Below are positions 55,261 through 64,000 of a stretch of DNA of 64,000 nt, piece by piece. The stretch is taken from contig OZ287085.1 of the NCBI GenBank assembly GCA_965645245.1, forward strand, positions 1,178,001 through 1,242,000. The letters run 5' to 3'. The position numbers and the translations under genes are program-made. The notes under the pieces are model-generated. The model did no database searches. It had not been told where the DNA came from and worked only from the letters and a program-made list of their open reading frames with translations. This DNA is from Massalongia carnosa. Lineage: Eukaryota. The first letter of the stretch is position 1. Each line of letters begins with the position of its first letter.

Positions 55261-58200
55261 CTAGCCTGATTCTTGATTATCATCTATTTTTGTTAGATCA
55301 TCTGGTGGTTTGGGTTTCTGTGGATGTTCTCGATGATATTGGAGGATTTTGTCCTTTGAATTCTTGAAGTCGGTCCATGGTTGCCAGTAAGGGTTCGCGT
55401 TCCATTCATCCTAATTTCCAATGAAGGTTGCTTTGTACTGCACGCCGAACTTTCTTGTTTCGCGGCAGTCTATTATTTCGAGGACTTCCCATTCTTCGTG
55501 GGCCTCCTCTTCGTCGTTTTCGGTTATGGCTATGGGCGGTCCAGGCGGTACGACTTGTCCTGGGAATGGGTTGGAAGGTGCGAGATGTAGCTTCCACGGA
55601 TGAAAGATGGGGGTAAGCCCGACGTTCTTTAACTGATCCGGGATCTCTAATTCGTATGCTTTATTGTCAATAATTCTTATTATCTTCCATGGTCCTATGT
55701 TCTTGAAGCTTAATGATCTGCTGGGTCTTTCTGAAGCAAAGTGCTTGGCGTTTACATAAACCATGTCCCCGATTTTGTATTCGGGGTGAGGTTGACGGCC
55801 TTTGTTTACGTGTCGTGTTTGTTCTTCCTGAGCCCAGGCTAATTGATCTCGGAGCCAGGTTCGCATGGCTTCTTGCCGTTCTATGATTTTGTCAGCATGC
55901 AGTATCTCTACTTTTCCTTTTCCTTCGTATGTGCCTGGTGGTTCGATGCCACAGCGTGGGTGGAAGCCATGGTCTGCGAAGAATGGAGTCATTCCCGTTG
56001 ATACATTTACATGATTGTTGGCGGCAAACTCTGCGTCTGAAAGATAATCCACCCAGTTGTCTTGTGTGTAATTGACGTATGCTCGGAGATAATTTTTCAT
56101 TACCTTGTTGGCGTTTTCGGTTTGACCGTCTGTTTCGGGATGATGTGCAGATGAGAATTTGATTTTCACCCCGTATCTTTCGCAAACTCTTTTCCATAAG
56201 TGAGCGGTTAGTTGACTACCGCGATCGTTTACTGTTGATATAGGAAATCCGTAAGAGGAGAATAATCTCCTGGACATCGCATCCATCAGTTCATCAGTAG
56301 AGAGAGAGGTTAGTGGTTCATATAATCGTCTTTTCGTTAAACGATCTACTATCACTAATATGTGTTGATAGACTCTGTTTCGTCTTCGGCATTCTGGAAG
56401 GAATTCGACGAAGTCCAATGACACGTCCATCCATTTTCTATTTGGAATAGGAAGAGGATTCAGCAGGCCTTGCTTCTTGTCGTTGTATGCTTTTGATCTT
56501 CGGCATACGGAGCAGTTAACTGCGTATCTCTTGCAGTGATCCTTCATTTCAAACCAGAAATAATTTTCTCTCATTATCTGATACATACTTTTGTATCCCG
56601 GATGGCCCTGTAATGGTGGTTCGTGATGCTTTTTCAGTAAATGTAGCTGCAATGGCTCGTAATCTGGTACGTATAGTCTTCCTTTGACATACAGCTTGTC
56701 GTTTTCTAGTTTGAGGTCCCCCATTGCTAGCTTTATTCCTCTTTTTATGAGGTTCAATGGGAGTTTCCTCAGTTCCTTCCTCTTTGCTGCTACTATGTCT
56801 TGAACTGTTTCGTCTTTTTCGTAAGCTTCTTCAACTAGTTCCTCCAAAGTCTTCGTTACTGAGCTCTCGGTCTCGTCGATCACTGATGTAGGTTCTGCGT
56901 TGGGTTCCTCCGATCCTGTTGTATCTTCCTCGATGAATTCGCTTTGATTATCTTGATTGTTATCGTCGTCGTCGTCGTCGTCCGCGCTGTTTGCGCAGAA
57001 CACGACTGCTAACGCTTTTCGTACATCGTCATCTAGTTGATGCTCTTGAAGCAGCGTTTGAAACTGATGTTGCTCTCTGATATCTTCGAATCCTTTCGGG
57101 AGATCTTGAGAGCGTCGAGTAAGCGTATCCGGTTTCTCTCCTTGCTTTCCCGGTCGATACATAATCTTGAAATTAAATTCGGAAAGAAATTCGGCCCATC
57201 TGGCTTGCCTTCTGTTTAGCTGCTTCGTGGTCATAAAGTGCTCTAAATTCTTGTGATCGGTGTATACTTTAACAGGTTTATCAGGAGCAGCACTTGCAAC
57301 CTCGGGGCGCCAGACTTCGAAGCTCTTTACAATAGCGAGGAGTTCCTTATCATAAATCATATAGTTACACTCGGCAGGGGTCATCTTCTTGGAAAAATAG
57401 GCTACCGGTTTCAGTACTCCATCGTGCATTTGAGAGAGTACTCCGGCGCTGACGAAATCTGAAGAGTCAGTCTCGATCCATGTTTCCAGGGCCGGATCGT
57501 AATGTGCTAAGACGGGAGCGGTGGTGAACGCAATTTTTAAATCTTTGAAGGCCTTTTGACAATCTTCAGACCATACAAACGAATTATACTTGGTTCGTTT
57601 CTTTCCTGATTTCGTCGTTATTTGTTCGCCCTTTGTTAATTCTGTTAACGATCTCGTCCGTTGCGAAAATCTCGATATAAATCGTCGATAAAAATTCGCA
57701 AAGCCTAAAAATGCTTGCACGTCTTTTACGGAGCCTGGGGTCTCCCATTTCAGAATCGCCTCGATTTTCTCCGAGTCCATTTTTATTCTATCGGTGGTAA
57801 CTATTAATCCAAGATACTTTACTTCCGTCACAGAGAATTCGCATTTGTCTATGTCCACTTGCAGTCCTTTCTCCTTCAATCGAGTTAGAACTTTTAACAC
57901 TTGTTCGGAATGCTCTTCTTCCTTTTCGCTATAAATTAGGACATCGTCCAAGTACGCAGTGCAGAAGACGTCTAAGTATTCTCTGACTGTATCGTTAATG
58001 AAGCTCTGAAAGGTTCCCGGAGCGTTGCAGAGACCGAATGGCATTACCAGATATTCGAACTGACCATATCTGGTATTGAAAGCCGTTAGCCATTCGTGGC
58101 CTTCCTTCATTCTCATACGATTGAAAGCGGTAATCACATCCAGTTTTGTGAACTTCTTGGCTTGTGATAGTTTTCCCAACGTTTCATTTATCAACGGTAT

Positions 58201-59298
58201 TGGGTACCTGTTCTTGATCGTGATGGAGTTTAAGGCTCTATAATCTACGCAAAATCTTAAACCACCCCCTGGTTTTCTAACTAAAAGAACGGGGGCTGCT
58301 GCGCTTGACGAACTTGGACGGATGAAGCCTTTTCCCAGATGCTCGTCGATGTATTTTTTAACCGCTTCCAATTCTTGTTCTGACATGGGTTTATAGTTCC
58401 TTACGTACGGAGCTTCTTTTCCCGCTTCGAGATTTATCTGATGATCCTCCTTCCGGTGTTCAGGCAGTTCATCCGCCTTGTGCTTCATGAAAACATCTAT
58501 TACGCTGTGATAAGCTGCTGGGACTCTCTCCAACAACTCCTCTCGGGTGTATTCCGGTTTTCCCTTCATGAACTTGTCGTAATCTCCTGATGTCACTGCT
58601 CCGGTGGTAGTTGCGCAGAAGGCCTTCTTTGTTTCTCGAGGAATCCATAGATAGCCGTCGTGATCCTTCTTTCTGGCCATTCGAAAGAAGTGTTTTGCGT
58701 TGACTGGAAGAACTTCGATGTCTTCCTTAGGCTCGATCCTATTCTTAACCTTGCTTCCCACAGCGAATTCGGTGCAAGTTATCCCTCGTGTAAGACATCC
58801 TTTTTCAAGACAATTTGATGAGTTGAACTTCATCGTTCTCTCTTTCCAATTGATCATTGGGTTGTGCGTTTGCAGCCATCCATCCCCTAAAATGACTGCA
58901 TACGCTTCTAGTTTTGCCAAATAACATAAGACTTGCTCTTCGTGATCTCCGATTTTCACGTCGATCAAGGCGGCCTTCGAGAGGAGCTGTACTACCTCTC
59001 CATTTCCCAAAGTAAGTTTCACCTTCTCATCCAATTTGAAGGTGTTCAATTTGTGTTTACGCACAAAGGATTCGTCAATGAGTTCAGCTTCACTTCCATT
59101 ATCGATAAGTAAACGGGCTTTAATTCCAGCTATGCTAGTTTTAAAAACTAAATGCTTGCCCTCGATTTTCTTTTCAGTATCGCGGACAGCACAAGTAGAG
59201 ACCCTAATCATTTTCGTTTCAGTGTCACCGTTCCCATTAACAACCTCCTTGTTTGTAAGCCCTTGATCGCGATTTCGATCAAGGACTAGGCTTTTCCC
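55261..59298 (-). pseudogene. pol: Pol of gypsy-5 with a premature TAG in the chromodomain at 55411
   Basis: LIDNGS, YLDDVLI, ETDSSD, NDRGSQL. The frame continues past the TAG (DEWNANPYWQPW...). Confidence 0.9.
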
Positions 59299-60933
59299 GC
59301 CTCAGATTCCGCTCCCGAATCTGTTTCTACTGTTCTCATGGTGCTCAAATTCTTGTCCCTGTATTGAGGACAAATGGTATCGTTTCCTCGATGTCCTGAT
59401 CCCCTGCATGCCCAGCATCGGCGTTGACGGGAGAGGGACTCGCGCTCGTCGTCCTTCAGCTTCTTTGGGTTTGGGTCTGGATCATACCAGGTGCCTACCC
59501 AACCGGCCGGTTTGAATATCGTTGGCATCAGTTTCGCATTCGGCCGATCATCAGATTTCTTGGAGCTGGTTTGATTGATGGAGGATGAGGCGGACTTTCC
59601 GCCGGAGGACTGGGTTGAGGATTGTCCGCTGGAGAAGTTGCTTCGTTGGCTAGAATTCTTCGTTGCGGCTGGTTTATCGGGACGAGGAAAGTGGTGCGCC
59701 ACATCTTTGCGGCGGTCTTCGATTCTTCGTGCTTCGTCAAGTAAAGGGCGGAAATCAGTAAAGACTGAACCCATAAGAGAGTTGGAGATGCTAGGCTTTA
59801 ACGTCACGAGAAACTTCTCAATTCGCTCGTCAACGGGAGTTTTGGCTTTCTGCCATAGCTTGAAGATTCGGTGATAATACTCGCTGACGCTTTCGCCCCC
59901 TTTCATGGTGACGGTGAGGAGTTCTTTCTTGGCGTCGCGACTCTGGAGGTGAATGCCCATATAGTGCTCTATCTCTTCGAATAAAGCGTCGGCCGATAGT
60001 GAGTCTCCCATATCCACTATCCAAGAGTGCATAGCCCCGAAGATCGGCGCTTCCATTTGAGACAGCGCGTAACCGACCTTTTCGTTCTCATCGGCGTAGA
60101 GGGGTGCGTCTGTCTTCAGTTTATTGCGGACGGAGTACGCCCAAGGACTATACTCCTCCGAGTCCTCACCTTTAAGTGGCTTGCTAGGGTTTATACCACG
60201 GGGTCGCCAATTCTGGGGGTTGGTGTTGGTGCTTCGGGTAGTAACGGTATCTTCTCGTTGATGACGTGGTGTTTCCCGTGTTTCCGCTAACTGGCGGACC
60301 AGGGAGTCTATGTCTTTCTGTAATCTCTCTTTTGCTATTAGTCATTGCCTTTAATTCGATATCTCTATGCGATAGTTCTTCTTGCGCGAGAAGGGCCTCT
60401 CGTTCGGCATCGTCTTTTTCCGTGATGAGACGTTCATGTACTTGTTTGTAACGTCTGTTGATCTTTTTGACCTCGCCAAGCTTCTCCAGGTCGCCCTGCA
60501 AGGAGATATATTTGTTGAATAGGGTCTTGTCGTATTCGAGCGCTCTCGCGAGGAAGTCATACCATCGGGGTCCTTCTTTCTCGTCTCGCAAGATGCTCTG
60601 CAATTCCTTCAAATTGTGTGCTGCAACGTGGGACGGATGTTCCGCGGCTTCCTTCTCGTAATATGGATGATCGGAGACATCGATCTTCTGAAAAAACTTC
60701 TTTTCTTTTTCACGTCCTGCTCTTGGGGTTTTTTCCCACGTCCCCTCCGTGGTTTCTTTAATCTGTTCGTTCTGAAGTAATTCGGAGTCTTCAAACGTTC
60801 CCGGCATGCTGCTATCCGAGCGAGACGAATGATGGGAGACGGAACGAGCACGGGTGTTAAATGCTGGGCCGGTCTGGGCCTCTGCGGGAGGGGCTACGGC
60901 CTTTCTCGCCGTCATGGGCGTTTTTGAGCTCAT
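59286..60933 (-). pseudogene. gag: Gag of gypsy-5, frameshifted near 60190
   Basis: ORFs 60184..60933 and 59286..60056, CWACRGSGHRGNDTIC knuckle. Confidence 0.85.
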
Positions 60934-61768
60934 GACTGGATTCTGAAAATGGGATAGCTTGATTCCCTGATTCTAAAAGTTCTGGAAGTTCTGGAATTTG
61001 GATCGGTTTGGATTCGCACAAACGATCAGTCTGGAAAGTTACTGGAACGGGTTTTCACCCTATCTGGAAGAAAGTTGCTGGAACGGGACCTCGTCCCTAC
61101 TGGAAGTTCTGGAAGAAAGAATACTAATAGGTAGATAAATTGTGTAAGGAAGCTGTCTTCGATTCTAATCAACCGCTATTAAACTAAAATTTATCTACAA
61201 AAGAAGAAAAGAAACATTGTGCGCGACTCGCTAGAAATATCTGCACCGAGTGTCGCGCTAGCCTCGCGTGCTCGCGTGCTCCCCCCTTCCATCTCAGCCT
61301 TATGTCAGGCTAGGACCCTGACAGGGTCGTATTCCCTTTACTGTAATACCACTTTAGTTGTTACATATGAGTAGTGTTAAAACGGTAACCGATGCCAAGT
61401 ACCGAAACCAGCTGACAAAGCAATTTGCATCTACCTCGGCAAGGAAAGGCTTGTGGCGGTGGCAAATTTGTATGAAGTCAGAAATCGCATCGGAAGCGGG
61501 AACCGATGAGATGGAAATGGAGGCTTCTGGAATCGCTGGTGGACGGGCATAAATAGGAGCAGTTTTACCCTACGTAGTGGTAGAAAGTCAATCGTTTCTC
61601 CCAGTTTGTTTTGCATGTGCAAGAACTCGTTTGTCGAACTAGTCGTATCAATTGCCCAGTGCTACCATTCCGCCTGTTGCAGTCACAGTTCCAACAGGTT
61701 ATGGGCCCGGTCAGCTAGACTGAGTGATTGATTTGTTCCACCAAACCCCCACCCCAGAAACGATTCCG

Positions 61769-64000
61769 ATGGAGTCCACCCCAGAGAGCACCACTGGGGG
61801 CCGTGAAGGTCGGGCGACCGAGTCGCCGTTCACTACCATCGAAAGGGAGGGCGGCAGGTCGATGTCGCCCGGTGGTGTCAGAAATAGGCAACCACCTCAG
61901 GTGTTGGATAACACCTACCTGAAGGGTCTCTTGAAGGGAGACATAAAAGTTACCAAGCTGAACAGGGACAACTATCAATCTTGGGCCAGGAACATGAGAA
62001 TATCCCTCGACGCCAAGCTGCTATGGGACCTGGTGAAGGGGACTATACCAGAACCTGATGTAAGGATCAGACCGAACGACCACCGGGCATGGTGGATCGA
62101 CAACAACCACGCCAAGATGTGGATCAACAACAACTTGGAAGAAGATCAACAGACACACTGCAATGAGGAGGAGAGATATGCCCACAATATCTGGATGACG
62201 TTATACAAAGTATACGGGGTGGATAGTCAGGGTCGAATGATGATGCTGAAAAGAAAAATTTACACGTACAAGGCCGGAACGGATGAGACCATTGACGAAA
62301 TAGCTAGCGAACTAACCCGGATCCGGTTACTTTTTCGGAACATCCGATCATCCGAGGCACCCAGTGATTTTGATTTGGCCATGTGTTTAATGAACGCGGT
62401 CGACCACGAACAGTATGAGTTCGTTAAACTACACCTCGAGGAAGATAACAACCTCACTCTCGAATACGCAAAGCAGCGACTAAGAACGGTCGAGCAAAAA
62501 ATCGTTGATAAGGGACAAAAGGAAATTGCTAACAAGGTTCTCACCACTTTGCATGGTTTGTGTTTTCACTGTCACAAGCCCGGGCATTTCAAGACCGAGT
62601 GCCCTGAATGGCTGAAGACTGACGCTGGAAAATCATTCAGCAAGAGAAAAGCAAAAGAAGGTAGTAAAGAAGGTGAAGAAGGGACCAAGGCAAATAAGTC
62701 CGAAAACGGCAGCGGAGCACCCCCTCGGAAAAAGCCCGGAAAGACAAAGCATAGGCGGAAGGGAAATGCTCGACAGGCTCAAGAAGAGCAGGAAAATGAG
62801 GCCTCGGAGTCGGAAGATGACGAAGAGATAGGCTTCATGGTAAAGGAATGGAACGGGAGGAGTGAAGAAATCCTGAAGACAGAGGTCTCGGAAGAAATCC
62901 TGGAGACAGTGGTCTCGGACGAAAACCTGAAGACGGTGGTCTCGGATAAGGCCAGGAAGGCGGACATCTTCATTAAAACTCCTCGGGGTGACAGAGATTT
63001 GGGCAGGTGGATTATCGACTCAGGGGCGAGTCGGCACATGACGCCCGACAGGAAACTGTTCACTAAGTTCCGGAATATGCTAACCAGCGTCACCATTGTA
63101 GATGGGACAAAGCTATCGTCGCCCGGAAGGGGTGACATAGTGTGGACCTTGGAGGAAAGAAGGTCCGGATGGAAAATGTTCTGTGGGTACCTCGGCTTGA
63201 TTCGAATTTGCTGTCCCTAAAGGCTCTGAATCGGAAAGGGCTCAGCATTCTTTTCCGCCCAGAGGGGGTGGAAATCACCAGAGACGGTACCTCGGTCGCC
63301 ACCGGTTTCTTTAAGGGCAACATGTTTCTACTCCGAAACTCGGAAGTTGCATTGGAAACTGGAGTGCAGGAAGACCAGGAAGAACAGGAAGAACAGGAAG
63401 TTCCGCAGGAAGTCCAGACAAGGGAATTGGTCGGGACTCAGCGAAGCGAGCCAAGGGCAGGACTAAGTAAGTCGAAGTCAGAACAGGCCAAAATAAGCGC
63501 ATATTTACTCTGGCACTCTCGACTGGGGCACGTCAGCGCTCGAAGGATTCAACTTTTGTCCAAGAAAATTCCGGAAGCAGGGAAAGCAATGGCCATTGAA
63601 GGCACCCCTTTATCTTTCTTTGACAAGGTGGAGTGCTCAGTTTGTAACTATACTAAGATGACCAGGGCCGTTTACCGCGTACCTCCTCGCCGAGTTGATA
63701 GGAAACTAGGGAGGGCATATAGCGATGTCTGGGGGCCGTATCGAATAACTAGCCTGAACGGTTATCGATACTTCATCAACTTTGTGGACGAGTTCACCCA
63801 GAAATCCTGGTTGGAGCTCATGAAAAGTCGAAAGGAAGTCCAAGGAAAAGTACTAGAATGGAAGAAGGTCGTGGAAGTGGACTCAGGTGAAACTCTCGCC
63901 AAACTACGAACTGACAATGCAAAGGAGTTCGAGCACATGACGAATGACCTCAGAAAGGAGGGGGTCATCATGGAATTTACTACCCCACACACACCGGAAG
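61769..64000 (+). pseudogene. Copia gag-protease-integrase polyprotein, frameshifted
   Basis: KLNRDNYQSW, CFHCHKPGHFKTEC, WIIDSGASRHM, LWHSRLGH, SDVWGP, RTDNAKEF. Frame breaks at about 63140 and 63470. Confidence 0.92.

Larger units (their letters stand above)
55023..61323 (-). mobile_element. Ty3/gypsy chromovirus (gypsy-5), slightly degenerate
   Basis: About 180-bp LTRs 55023..55202 and 61143..61323 with several differences, PPT AGAAGGGGGGATAG, no matching TSD. Confidence 0.93.
54905..64000 (+). mobile_element. Ty1/copia retrotransposon running out of the window; 5' LTR probably 54905-55022 plus 61324-61696, split by gypsy-5
   Basis: ...CCAACA followed by the copia-type PBS GGTTATGGGCCC (61697-61708). 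The left start TGTTAG at 54905 is inferred from the abrupt end of Tc1-2. Confidence 0.75.

Overview
Eukaryotic DNA, very likely from a filamentous ascomycete (short GT-AG introns, fungal transposon families, RIP-like C>T/G>A nonsense changes). The window is almost entirely nested transposable elements. It holds five Ty3/gypsy chromoviruses (two apparently intact with TSDs), one Ty1/copia, an intact Ngaro-type tyrosine-recombinase retrotransposon, piggyBac, hAT, two MULEs, two pogo/Fot1, two Tc1 elements and at least seven solo LTRs with TSDs. Only one intact host gene is recognisable: a 6-exon NLR-like immune receptor (helical N-terminus, NACHT, about 21 near-identical 35-aa ankyrin repeats). 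Its repeats vary almost only at a 3-codon hypervariable cassette, like a modular recognition code. Other notable signals are tRNA-independent self-priming sites and -1 frameshift hairpins in three gypsy families, a piggyBac without a TTAA target, and an antisense Zn2Cys6-like reading frame in a gypsy 3' region. All calls were made by eye, without database searches.
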